DNA from: Nostoc sp. PCC 7120 = FACHB-418
Lineage (GTDB): Bacteria > Cyanobacteriota > Cyanobacteriia > Cyanobacteriales > Nostocaceae
Direction of reading: 5' to 3'
Assembly (NCBI RefSeq): GCF_000009705.1
Contig: NC_003272.1
Location: 240,001 to 272,000, forward strand
DNA length: 32,000 nt
The number at the start of each line of letters is the position of its first letter. Position 1 is the stretch's first letter. Position numbers and translations under genes: made by a program. The notes below the pieces were generated by a model. The model was not told the origin of the DNA. It searched no databases and saw only the letters and a program-made list of their open reading frames with translations. This document shows positions 1-8,987 of the stretch, in pieces.

Positions 1-891
1 GTAGCCGATGGTCTCAAGCTGGTATTTAAAGAAGATATTGTACCGGCTCAGGCTGACCCTTGGCTATTTACTCTCGGCCCGATTCTTGTAGTCTTGCCAG
101 TATTTTTGTCTTATTTGATTGTTCCTTTCGGACAGAATATTGTCATTACTAATGTAGGTACAGGGATATTTCTGTGGATTGCTTTATCTAGCATCCAACC
201 CATTGGCTTGTTGATGGCTGGCTACTCTTCCAATAACAAGTATTCCCTACTAGGGGGTTTGCGAGCAGCAGCACAATCAATTAGTTACGAAATTCCCTTG
301 GCGCTGAGTGTGTTGGCGATCGTTATGATGTCTAACAGCCTCAGTACTGTAGATATTGTTAACCAACAATCTGACTACGGTATTCTGGGCTGGAACATTT
401 GGCGACAACCCCTTGGTTTTATGATCTTTTGGATAGCCGCCCTTGCAGAATGCGAACGTTTGCCCTTCGACTTACCGGAAGCGGAAGAAGAACTAGTAGC
501 AGGCTATCAAACTGAATACTCAGGGATGAAATTTGCGCTGTTCTACCTCAGTTCCTACGTTAACCTAATCCTGTCGGCTCTTTTGGTGGCAGTATTGTAC
601 TTGGGTGGTTGGGATTTTCCCATTCCCATCAATGTCTTAGCTAATTTGGTGGGAGTCAGTGAAGCAAATCCTGTATTACAGGTGGTCAGCGCTGCCTTAG
701 GTATCACCATGACCTTAGTCAAGGCTTACTTTTTAGTATTTATTGCCATCCTCTTGCGTTGGACAGTACCAAGGGTAAGGATTGACCAGTTGTTAGATTT
801 AGGATGGAAGTTTTTGTTACCAGTTGGTTTAGTGAACCTACTTTTAACCGCAGCCCTGAAACTGGCTTTTCCCGTCGCCTTCGGCGGGTAA
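1..891 (+). CDS. ndhA: NDH-1 (NAD(P)H-quinone oxidoreductase) subunit 1, NdhA/NuoH; 5' end lies outside the window
   Basis: Frame 1 is open from base 1 ([23 protein letters not shown]...), so the listed Met at 94 is internal. Polytopic membrane protein with NuoH-type stretches [26 protein letters not shown] and [26 protein letters not shown]. Followed by ndhI-ndhG-ndhE. Confidence 0.95.
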   Translation, partial: VADGLKLVFKEDIVPAQADPWLFTLGPILVVLPVFLSYLIVPFGQNIVITNVGTGIFLWIALSSIQPIGLLMAGYSSNNKYSLLGGLRAAAQSISYEIPLALSVLAIVMMSNSLSTVDIVNQQSDYGILGWNIWRQPLGFMIFWIAALAECERLPFDLPEAEEELVAGYQTEYSGMKFALFYLSSYVNLILSALLVAVLYLGGWDFPIPINVLANLVGVSEANPVLQVVSAALGITMTLVKAYFLVFIAILLRWTVPRVRIDQLLDLGWKFLLPVGLVNLLLTAALKLAFPVAFGG

Positions 892-956
892 TCGGTAATC
901 GGTAATCGGTAATGGAAAAATCATTACCAATTACCTGTTACCAATTACCAATTACC
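887..956. repeat. STRR-type heptamer repeat hairpin: (GGTAATC)x3-GGTAATG, then inverted ATTACCA-type heptamers
   Basis: Read directly. The tandem heptamers start inside the ndhA stop codon. The complementary heptamer series follows after a GAAAAATC loop (GGTAATG/CATTACC pair perfectly). Confidence 0.8.
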
Positions 957-979
957 TCAAAAGAGTAGAGAGACACAAA

Positions 980-1564
980 ATGCTAAAGTTCCTCAAGCAA
1001 GTTGGTGATTACGCCAAAGAAGCAGTACAAGCAGGTCGTTATATTGGTCAAGGGCTATCTGTAACTTTTGACCATATGCGCCGCCGTCCTGTCACCGTAC
1101 AGTACCCTTATGAGAAACTCATTCCTGGTGAACGCTTTCGTGGTCGGATTCACTACGAATTTGATAAGTGTATCGCTTGTGAAGTCTGTGTAAGGGTTTG
1201 TCCTATCAATTTACCTGTAGTTGATTGGGAATTCGACAAAGCTACCAAGAAGAAAAAGCTTAACCACTATAGTATCGATTTTGGGGTCTGTATTTTCTGC
1301 GGTAACTGTGTTGAGTACTGCCCGACAAACTGTCTATCAATGACAGAAGAGTACGAATTGGCAACTTACGATCGCCACGAACTCAACTATGATAGTGTGG
1401 CTTTAGGTCGTCTCCCCTACAAAGTTACCGACGACCCAATGGTGACACCACTCCGGGAACTAGTTTACCTACCCAAAGGTGTACTTGACCCCCACGACCT
1501 ACCCGCCAATGCACCGCGCCCTGGCGCACGTCCAGAAGACTTGGTAGAAAAAACAGAAGCATGA
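980..1564 (+). CDS. ndhI: NDH-1 subunit I (NdhI/NuoI), 2x[4Fe-4S] ferredoxin-type
   Basis: Two 4Fe-4S motifs, [12 protein letters not shown] and [12 protein letters not shown]. Size and position between ndhA and ndhG fit. Confidence 0.95.
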   Translation: MLKFLKQVGDYAKEAVQAGRYIGQGLSVTFDHMRRRPVTVQYPYEKLIPGERFRGRIHYEFDKCIACEVCVRVCPINLPVVDWEFDKATKKKKLNHYSIDFGVCIFCGNCVEYCPTNCLSMTEEYELATYDRHELNYDSVALGRLPYKVTDDPMVTPLRELVYLPKGVLDPHDLPANAPRPGARPEDLVEKTEA

Positions 1565-1565
1565 T

Positions 1566-1653
1566 AGTAGTCAATAGTCGGTAGTCAGTAGTCAGTGGCA
1601 AAAAATATGAAATAGCGACTGACAACTGACAACTGACAACCAACAACTGACAG
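1566..1653. repeat. STRR-type heptamer repeat hairpin (AGTCAGT-like units, then inverted ACAACTG units)
   Basis: tagtagt caatagt cggtagt cagtagt cagtggc ... gcgactg acaactg acaactg acaacca acaactg. The two halves are complementary. It fills the ndhI-ndhG spacer. Confidence 0.8.
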
Positions 1654-1664
1654 AGGAAAAAAAA

Positions 1665-2273
1665 GTGAATCTAGCAGAAGGAGTACAGGTTGTTTCCTTT
1701 GGCATACTAGCTACGATGTTGATCGGAACCGCCCTTGGTGTGGTTCTAGCAACCAGCATCGTCTATTCTGCCTTTTTACTGGGAGGTGTATTCATCAGTA
1801 TTGCTGGAATGTACCTGTTGCTAAATGGTGATTTTGTCGCCGCCGCCCAAGTTCTAGTTTATGTTGGGGCGGTAAACGTGTTGATTTTGTTCGCTATTAT
1901 GTTGGTGAACAAGCGGCAGGATTTTACACCTTATCCTAGCGCTGGGATACGGAAAGTTTTGACAGCGATCGTCAGCGTCGGATTATTTGCGTTGTTAAGC
2001 ACTATGGTGTTAGCTACACCTTGGGCTTACTCGACCACTCCTAAAGTAGGAGATGGTTCGATAATTGTGATTGGGGAGCATTTCTTTAGCGACTTCTTGC
2101 TACCTTTTGAACTGGCTTCTGTTTTGTTGTTAATGGCGATGGTAGGAGCAATTATTTTGGCACGTCGTGAGTACTTGCCTGAAGTAACACCATCTGGCTT
2201 ACCTCAAACCGTGTTGACATTACCAGAACGCCCCAGAGAATTAGTAGGTGCTGGTAGCGAAACTCAAGAGTAA
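1665..2273 (+). CDS. ndhG: NDH-1 subunit 6 (NdhG/NuoJ)
   Basis: GTG start preceded by GAGG about 9 nt upstream. Hydrophobic protein starting [12 protein letters not shown] with the NuoJ-like stretch [22 protein letters not shown]. Operon context fits. Confidence 0.93.
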   Translation: MNLAEGVQVVSFGILATMLIGTALGVVLATSIVYSAFLLGGVFISIAGMYLLLNGDFVAAAQVLVYVGAVNVLILFAIMLVNKRQDFTPYPSAGIRKVLTAIVSVGLFALLSTMVLATPWAYSTTPKVGDGSIIVIGEHFFSDFLLPFELASVLLLMAMVGAIILARREYLPEVTPSGLPQTVLTLPERPRELVGAGSETQE

Positions 2274-2310
2274 CAACAAGCCAGATTTTTCACAAGGAAG
2301 ACAAAGATTC

Positions 2311-2616
2311 ATGCAACTTCGGTACTTTTTATTACTTGCAGCAGCTTTATTTTGCATTGGCATTTATGGTTTGATTACCAGCCGTAACGCTGTACGCGTG
2401 TTGATGTCAATTGAATTATTGCTGAATGCTGTTAATCTGAATTTAATGGCATTTTCCAACTATCTTGACTCAACATTAATTAAGGGTCAGGTTTTCACAG
2501 TGTTTGTGATTACCGTGGCAGCTGCTGAAGCGGCGGTTGGTCTAGCGATCGTGCTGGCCATTTATCGCAACCGCGATACCGTCGATATGGAGCAGTTTAA
2601 TCTCCTGAAATGGTAA
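2311..2616 (+). CDS. ndhE: NDH-1 subunit 4L (NdhE/NuoK)
   Basis: I place the start at ATG 2311 ([14 protein letters not shown]...), giving 101 aa with three TM helices typical of NuoK. The track's start at 2248 would overlap the ndhG 3' end and add a non-hydrophobic extension. Confidence 0.93.
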   Translation: MQLRYFLLLAAALFCIGIYGLITSRNAVRVLMSIELLLNAVNLNLMAFSNYLDSTLIKGQVFTVFVITVAAAEAAVGLAIVLAIYRNRDTVDMEQFNLLKW

Positions 2617-3543
2617 TTGCGTGTGCAACTCAAGCAGGTAATCATTGCTTATAAGGCGCGAGATTCCCAAAGCAAACGTTGGGCAGAACTCTGCGCCAAG
2701 CAGCTAGAAAATCGCAATTGTCAGGTCTTAATGGGACCTAGCGGGCCAAAAGATAACCCTTATCCGGTGTTTTTGGCTTCAGCTAGTCAACCAATCGACC
2801 TGGCAATTGTCTTAGGTGGTGATGGCACAGTCTTAACTAGTGCCAGACATTTAGCCCCAGCTGGTATCCCCATTCTCGGCGTAAATGTGGGGGGTCACCT
2901 GGGCTTTTTAACCGAGTCAGTTGATGAATTTCAAGACACAGAGAAAGTTTGGGATCGTCTATTTGAAGACCGCTACGCTATTCAACGGCGGATGATGTTG
3001 CAAGCGGCAGTTTATGAAGGACACCGAACGAATCTGGAACCGGTAACAGAACGATATCTTGGGTTAAATGAATTTTGCGTCAAACCAGCCTCAGCCGATC
3101 GCATGATTACCTCTATTCTAGAAATGGAAATTGATGGTGAGGTAGTAGATCAATATGTAGGCGATGGATTGATTATTTCCACACCCACAGGTTCAACTGG
3201 TTATACAGTCTCTGCAAGTGGCCCAATTATGCACGATGGTATGGAGGCAATTACCATCACGCCTATTTGCCCTATGAGTCTTTCTAGCCGTCCTCTCATA
3301 CTTCCCGCAGGTTCTGTTGTCAGTATCTGGCCGTTAGGAGACTATGATTTGAGTACCAAATTGTGGATGGATGGGGTTTTAGCTACTTCAATTTGGCCTG
3401 CACATCGCGTTGATATCCGCATGGCTGATTGTCGGGCAAAATTTATTGTGTTACGGGAAAATAATTCCTACTATCAAACGTTGCGAGAGAAATTACTGTG
3501 GGCTGGTACTAGGGTTCGCTACACTAGTACTCAACACAATTGA
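2617..3543 (+). CDS. nadK: NAD+ kinase (ATP/polyphosphate-dependent)
   Basis: GGDGT motif (LGGDGTVLTSAR), NEF..., and the conserved DGLIISTPTGSTGYTVSASGPI block of the NAD kinase family. The start is either TTG 2617, abutting the ndhE stop, or GTG 2623 (VQLKQVIIAYK). Confidence 0.9.
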   Translation: MRVQLKQVIIAYKARDSQSKRWAELCAKQLENRNCQVLMGPSGPKDNPYPVFLASASQPIDLAIVLGGDGTVLTSARHLAPAGIPILGVNVGGHLGFLTESVDEFQDTEKVWDRLFEDRYAIQRRMMLQAAVYEGHRTNLEPVTERYLGLNEFCVKPASADRMITSILEMEIDGEVVDQYVGDGLIISTPTGSTGYTVSASGPIMHDGMEAITITPICPMSLSSRPLILPAGSVVSIWPLGDYDLSTKLWMDGVLATSIWPAHRVDIRMADCRAKFIVLRENNSYYQTLREKLLWAGTRVRYTSTQHN

Positions 3544-3564
3544 GTAATTTATTTTGTAATTTTT

Positions 3565-3612
3565 AATTCGTAATTCGTAATTAATCATGAGATTACGAGT
3601 TACGAATTTTAC
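3565..3612 (+). terminator. Putative intrinsic terminator after nadK
   Basis: AATTCGTAATTCGTAAT (3565-3581) pairs with ATTACGAGTTACGAATT (3592-3608) with one mismatch and a 10-nt loop. A T-rich tail follows (AATTTTAC). Confidence 0.5.
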
Positions 3613-3865
3613 TGAATATGAGTAGATGTTGAGTCAACAGTTATCTAAACTTGATATTCAGAAAATTCTGTATCCTAGTGCCAGATTTTGATGATCAGTT
3701 AGGTGCATAATAAAACGACATTACAACTTTTAACTTTTTGGATCAGGTTGTTTTCAAAAACTGCATGAGTGTCGCTTTGACACGCTAACACATAAAATGC
3801 TCTGTTTGTGTAGCAAGTAAATCCCAAAAGCTAGTATATCTTCACATCTTTAAGTTGGAAGACAG

Positions 3866-4669
3866 ATGGAAATTTCATATCACCACATCAAGTACCCACT
3901 TCGTCCTCCTACTATTATCAAAGATTTCCCTATCCTAGAAACTGATAAATATATTCTTAAACTTGCTGAGAATGAAGAAGAATTAGCATCGATTTTTCGC
4001 TTAAGGTTTGAAGTTTTTAATGTGGAATTAGGTTTGGGATTGGCTGATTCTAACTTAACTAAAATGGATCAAGACGAGTTTGATGAAATTTGCCATCATT
4101 TGATGCTAATTTCTAAGCTTACGGGAAAAACTATAGGTACTTATAGAATGCAAACCTATAAAATGGCTTCTCAAGGATTAGGATTTGATGCTGCTGATAT
4201 ATTTGAACTGAAAACTATACCGGAATCTGTATTAAAGGTTTCTGTAGAGGTTGGGCGTGCTTGTATTGCTAAAGAATATCGTAGCTTTCAATCTCTTTTA
4301 TTGCTATGGAAAGGTTTGGCTGACTATCTTATTTTGAACTGTAGCAAATATTTTTTTGGATGTGCTTCATTATTAACACAATGCTCTTGGGAAGCTGCTT
4401 GTGCTTATCATTATTTTGAACAACATAAATTTATACACAAGGATATTCTAGTATTTCCTCATTCACAATTTTATATAGATATTCCAGACAAGTCTAATGA
4501 TGTTTGCCGTGTGGATATTCCTAATATTTTACAAGCATATTTAAATGTCGGAGCTAAGATTTGTAGTTTACCTGCAATAGACCGTGAATTTAAAACCATT
4601 GATTTTTTGACTATAGCGAATATTAAAGAATTTACCCGGTGGCATTATCCAAATTGTCTAGATAAGTAG
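3866..4669 (+). CDS. GNAT-fold N-acyltransferase of the OlsB / FeeM (N-acyl amino acid synthase, hemolysin-like) type
   Basis: The family pattern is recognisable by eye: FRLRFEVFNVELG, DEFDEICHHLML, IGTYRM, VEVGRACIAKEYRS, LLLWKGLADY, FFGCASL. The gene lies in a visibly AT-rich stretch. Confidence 0.7.
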   Translation: MEISYHHIKYPLRPPTIIKDFPILETDKYILKLAENEEELASIFRLRFEVFNVELGLGLADSNLTKMDQDEFDEICHHLMLISKLTGKTIGTYRMQTYKMASQGLGFDAADIFELKTIPESVLKVSVEVGRACIAKEYRSFQSLLLLWKGLADYLILNCSKYFFGCASLLTQCSWEAACAYHYFEQHKFIHKDILVFPHSQFYIDIPDKSNDVCRVDIPNILQAYLNVGAKICSLPAIDREFKTIDFLTIANIKEFTRWHYPNCLDK

Positions 4670-5145
4670 GTCTCAAACACTAGTAAAACTAGTAACCCAC
4701 ATGAGTTACCCAAATTGCTCTAGAAAAAGTATGTTTAATTTGCGTAGTAATTAGAATTTGTGATTAAGTCATTAATATCTTAAAATAGCTTGTTTCTCAG
4801 TTTTTACGTAGTATATGTTTTTTTAACACTTAATTATCGTATCTAAACAAACTGTGGCAGTTCCTTTAACTGTTAATAATGATAAAACAATTATTGCCGA
4901 GGCAGAAAATTATGATGTTGACAGTATTAACCTGTACATAAATTTGCCTATATCAGAATTAGAGTTAATAATTGAAAATCAAAGTAATTATAGGGCTGCT
5001 ATTACCATAGATAATGTGTTTGGGTGGGAATTAGTACTTATTTTTCCCAAATTATGTAGTGATCCTATAAATAATTGAGTACACTATGCAGAGGCTTCTA
5101 TTGATTGGGTGCTTGTGAAATAAATAATTCTTGAGAAAAGTATGT

Positions 5146-6753
5146 ATGCGGCATATAACACTCGTGCCGAGTTGGTTACGATTTTTAATGATTTTACTCT
5201 TAGTAATGTGTATATTATTTCGATTTGTATATGTTGATAGGAAAGTATATTCTTTAGATGAAACCTATACTTCGTTAAGAATTTCTGGCTATACTTTAGC
5301 TGAGGTAAAACAGCAGTTATTTAACGGTCAGGTAATCTCTAGCGAACAGTTTACAGAATTTCAAAGCCCTAATGGGAATAAAAATATTAGTGATACTGTG
5401 ATGTCTCTCGTGATTGAAAGCCCAGAAAAATCACCGTTATATTTTATAATAGCTAGGTTTTGGGTAGAAACATTTGGCAATTCTGTAACTGTAATTAGAT
5501 ATTTATCAGCACTAATTAGTTTATTAGTTTTTCCGTGCCTTTATTGGTTTTGCCGAGAGTTATTTAATGTGACTTTATCGCTTCCTAGTTTAGCGATCGC
5601 TCTCATGGCTAACTCACCCATGCACCTAGTATACGCCCAAGAAGGCAGAGAATATATCCTTTGGTTAGTCACTATCATACTTGCTAGCACTGCATTACTA
5701 AGAGCGATACGTCTGCAATCCACACAAAAATCAGATCCCTTCACAACCTGGGGGGTTTATGTAATTACACTGGCATTGAGTTTGTATACTTGCTTGTGGA
5801 CTATCTTTGTGGCGATCGCTCATGGTATTTATGTAGTATTAATTGCTAAACTACGCTTGACCGAAACTGTCAGATATTATTTGATAGCCACGATTTTTGC
5901 TTTTTTAGCATTTTTTCCTTGGTTATTGGTAGTTTTTGCTAAGTTTTTCCAATTTGTCCTCTCATCAGATGGCACAAATAGTCAAGACCCGAATATCATA
6001 CCCCTAATTCCTTTCTTACTCATACAGATGAGTAGAAGTTTTTTTGATTTAAATATTAGTTTAGACAATCCAATTAATTATTTAATATCAGCTATTTTTT
6101 TAATTCTAACTGCATACGCTATTTATTTTTTATGTCGCACAACTAAATACCAAGTTTGGTTATTTATGATTACTTTAATTGTAGTGCCTGCTTTGCCATT
6201 AATCATACCAAGTTTAGCTTCTGGTCGCATTAGTTCGGGTTACGAACCATATTTACTACCGTCTTATTTAGGTGTGCAAATTATTGTTGCCTACTTACTC
6301 GCCACACAAATGTATAACGGTAATGTATCACATCGAAGAATCTGGCAAGTAATTATTGGACTTTTAATTATTTGTAGTTTAATTTCGTCTAGAGTGTATT
6401 ACCAAGCAGACACTTGGTGGAGTAAGGGCGTAAGTGACGGTAATCCTCAAATTGCTAGATTTATTAATCAAAAATATCGTCCATTATTAATTACTAATTT
6501 TTCTGAGATTAATTATGGAAATGTTGTTTCTTTAAGTTATCTTTTACAACCGAAGGCAAGATTTCAATTAGTACAGGATCAAACTGTGCCGATCATACCT
6601 AATGATTTTAGTGATATTTTCCTGCTCAACCCCACAAATGCTTGGCGATTACAAATAGCTAGAAAGTATCAGTTGAAGCCAAATATTGTGTATGTAAATG
6701 ACTATTATTTAGTTTGGAAATTAGTTCAACCTCCTTCAGACAGGAATTTTTAA
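5146..6753 (+). CDS. GT-C fold membrane glycosyltransferase (family 39/83-like, ArnT/PMT-type)
   Basis: Ten or more hydrophobic segments. An acidic motif follows the first TM helix (FRFVYVDRKVYSLDETYTSLRISGY), then YAQEGREY. There is a soluble C-terminal domain. ATG 5146 is preferred over TTG 5131. Confidence 0.65.
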   Translation: MRHITLVPSWLRFLMILLLVMCILFRFVYVDRKVYSLDETYTSLRISGYTLAEVKQQLFNGQVISSEQFTEFQSPNGNKNISDTVMSLVIESPEKSPLYFIIARFWVETFGNSVTVIRYLSALISLLVFPCLYWFCRELFNVTLSLPSLAIALMANSPMHLVYAQEGREYILWLVTIILASTALLRAIRLQSTQKSDPFTTWGVYVITLALSLYTCLWTIFVAIAHGIYVVLIAKLRLTETVRYYLIATIFAFLAFFPWLLVVFAKFFQFVLSSDGTNSQDPNIIPLIPFLLIQMSRSFFDLNISLDNPINYLISAIFLILTAYAIYFLCRTTKYQVWLFMITLIVVPALPLIIPSLASGRISSGYEPYLLPSYLGVQIIVAYLLATQMYNGNVSHRRIWQVIIGLLIICSLISSRVYYQADTWWSKGVSDGNPQIARFINQKYRPLLITNFSEINYGNVVSLSYLLQPKARFQLVQDQTVPIIPNDFSDIFLLNPTNAWRLQIARKYQLKPNIVYVNDYYLVWKLVQPPSDRNF

Positions 6754-6769
6754 ATTACACCTTCTAGTA

Positions 6770-7927
6770 CTAATTCCTCGTGCTTGGTTCTTGTGGAATA
6801 ATCTCTGTAACTACGCGATCGCCAGAATTTCCACCTTTAACTACTATATTTTCCGTATCCAGATTACCAACAGCAGTTTCACCTTTAAATGTTAGGGCTG
6901 GATCAACTTGTCGATAAACTACATTACCTTGGGCTTCTACGAGTTTTCTGTCAAGATACCATGTTAGTTTTTGAGAGTTGAGAGTCTGACGACGTTTCCC
7001 TACGGCATTCACATTACCTGTTAAATAAGCTGTTTTTTGCGGTATTCTCATTTCTCCCTGATTAGCGGTCACCGTTAGGTTTTCCACACGTTGGAATATG
7101 CGGATGGGGGATTTGGTCGTGACTATTTCCGTATTCATATTCCAATTCATCGAGTTACTAGTTATTTGGGCTGGGGGTTCTAGTAAATCTATTTGGGCAT
7201 TTTTATTAATTGTGGCAATCTTGGTTTTTAAGTTTATTTCCGCAGAGTTACCCCGGCCGCGATCGCTAATTTGGTTGTTTTTGTAGCGGTCAATTTGAAT
7301 TGGGCGATCGCCTATTAATTTTTGCTCTTGAATCTGCCAAATCAAATGTTCAGTACGCATTTGCATTTGGGGATCAGCAGAGTTAGCAACCACTTGGCCA
7401 GAAAATTCCATTCGTTGTTCGCGGGTTTTTACTCTAGCTTCTTGAGCTACTGCTTGTACTTGTTTGTGAGTACCATTAATTTTATTGCGGACAATCAATA
7501 AATCTTCTTGAGGTCGCCATTCCAATTCATTGCCATATAAAACAATACCATTTTTGGGATCTGTAGCCACTATTTTCCCTTTGAGAAACAATTGCTTACC
7601 ATCTTGTTCGATGTCAGCTTTCTCAGCTTTGACTTGATAAACTACTTTGCCATCTTGATAAAGTTCTCCATAGGGACTTTCCGCTTCACCTATTTGTTTT
7701 TCTTTGGTATATTGCGCCTGTTTTGCTTTAACTCTCCAGACGGGTCTACCAACTTCATCTGCTTGTTCTAAGATGACATCAAAGAAGGTCAAATTACTAT
7801 CTCGGTTAGCCGGATCAGAATTATTTGATTGAGTATTATTGGGAGCTTTAACCCCACAAGCTACTAAAGTAATAATTAAAAAAATAGTCAAAGGCAGGTG
7901 ATACCAATTTATTTTCTTGAATATCAT
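6770..7927 (-). CDS. Periplasmic lipoprotein with LptC/OstA-like repeats (putative LPS-transport component)
   Basis: Lipobox LVAC|G after an N-terminal hydrophobic helix. The rest is long and beta-rich with repeated GNV..G / L.A..V motifs like LptC/LptA folds. The product name is tentative. Confidence 0.55.
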   Translation of the reverse strand: MIFKKINWYHLPLTIFLIITLVACGVKAPNNTQSNNSDPANRDSNLTFFDVILEQADEVGRPVWRVKAKQAQYTKEKQIGEAESPYGELYQDGKVVYQVKAEKADIEQDGKQLFLKGKIVATDPKNGIVLYGNELEWRPQEDLLIVRNKINGTHKQVQAVAQEARVKTREQRMEFSGQVVANSADPQMQMRTEHLIWQIQEQKLIGDRPIQIDRYKNNQISDRGRGNSAEINLKTKIATINKNAQIDLLEPPAQITSNSMNWNMNTEIVTTKSPIRIFQRVENLTVTANQGEMRIPQKTAYLTGNVNAVGKRRQTLNSQKLTWYLDRKLVEAQGNVVYRQVDPALTFKGETAVGNLDTENIVVKGGNSGDRVVTEIIPQEPSTRN

Positions 7928-7961
7928 GTCTATTTAAATAATTGTATGGTCTGTTGAAGTT

Positions 7962-8030
7962 GGTATAAGGGTGTAAGGGTATAGGGGTGTAGGGGTATAA
8001 ATGTTTGAAACCCTTACACCCCTATACCCT
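7962..8030. repeat. GGGTRTA-type heptamer repeat hairpin
   Basis: ggtataagggtgtaagggtataggggtgtaggggtat aaatgtttgaaa cccttacacccctataccc. The core 7987-8020 is 32/34 identical to 29745-29778. Confidence 0.8.
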
Positions 8031-8107
8031 TCTCCAAGCTCTTGATCTTTCGTGTTCATGCGTAAGTCCTATTTAAAATCAAAGCTAACTGCTATCAAAA
8101 ACAGAAG

Positions 8108-8135
8108 CGGGGGGAAGTTTTTTTGATTCCCCCCG
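8108..8135 (-). terminator. Putative intrinsic terminator downstream of the NYN-domain gene
   Basis: CGGGGGGAA (8108-8116) pairs perfectly with TTCCCCCCG (8127-8135) across a 10-nt loop. On the minus strand the stem is followed by CTTCTGTTTTTG. Confidence 0.45.
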
Positions 8136-8182
8136 TTGGTTAAAGTTTATACTTTTTTGTTTTCTAGCTTGTGAAAAGGTCA

Positions 8183-8821
8183 TTAATCCTGCATTTCTAG
8201 GTGTCCGTCGCTATCTCTGGGATCATCTAAAAAACCCATGCTAGATAAAGGTCGATAAGGATAGCTTTGACGGGGAGTTTTCTGGATATCTTCTTTGATA
8301 GCCTCTAAATCAATGTAGCGATCGCTCACATTAATTAAGCTATCACTAGTCATAGAGCGTAAGCTCACAACTTCTACCCGCACGCCGCGATAACTAACAG
8401 AATTGACCGCATAAGCCAGATCCCCATCGCCACTAACTAGCACAGCTGTATCGTAAGAATCGACCAAAGCCATCATATCTACAGCTATTTCTACATCTAG
8501 GTTGGCTTTTTTGGAGCCATCTGGCAACTGCACCAAATCTTTAGCAATGACGCGGTAGCCATTACGGCGCATCCACAACAAAAACCCTTGCTGCTTTTCA
8601 TTAGTTCTGTCTACACCGGTATAGAAAAAAGCCCGCAACAATCGAGAACCACCAGTCAGACGACATAGCAATTTCGTGTAATCTATTTCAATTCCTAATT
8701 GCAAAGCAGCGTAGAATAGATTTGACCCATCAATAAAAATGGCGACCCGTCCTCGATTTTCTAAAACTTGTTCTGGTGTAAATATTGAATCATTTTCCAA
8801 GTTATTCAACATTGATGTCAT
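8183..8821 (-). CDS. NYN-domain (LabA-like, PIN-related) protein
   Basis: VAIFIDGSNLFYA ... ANLDVEIAVDMM ... AVLVSGDGDLAYAV, the acidic-residue pattern of the NYN/LabA family. Confidence 0.85.
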   Translation of the reverse strand: MTSMLNNLENDSIFTPEQVLENRGRVAIFIDGSNLFYAALQLGIEIDYTKLLCRLTGGSRLLRAFFYTGVDRTNEKQQGFLLWMRRNGYRVIAKDLVQLPDGSKKANLDVEIAVDMMALVDSYDTAVLVSGDGDLAYAVNSVSYRGVRVEVVSLRSMTSDSLINVSDRYIDLEAIKEDIQKTPRQSYPYRPLSSMGFLDDPRDSDGHLEMQD

Positions 8822-8987
8822 ACCTCAATTTTATTCTTGTTATTTCTGATACTAATTATCAACTTTGATTTTTTAGATCGACTTATGATAATTTTTCGGG
8901 GCGAATATACAGTTCAGCCCCGTTGATTTTCTGGGAAAACAATTAAGAAATCGAACTGAATTAGCTTTAAGCAAAAATTAAAAGCAA

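Noticed and set aside
2248-2310. Upstream extension of ndhE to 2248
   Set aside because: It overlaps the ndhG 3' end and adds a polar 21-aa leader not seen in NuoK-type proteins. ATG 2311 yields the expected 101-aa three-helix protein.
4854-5078. 74-aa GTG-start ORF between the GNAT and GT-C genes
   Set aside because: It lies in an AT-rich spacer where random ORFs are expected. It has no recognisable motif and no clear SD. It is left uncalled; it cannot be excluded as a small protein.
8897-8922. CGGGGC/GCCCCG hairpin between metG and the NYN gene
   Set aside because: In the minus-strand orientation relevant to metG, the stem is followed by an A-run rather than a U-tract. No plus-strand gene is present upstream. 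It is not supported as a terminator.
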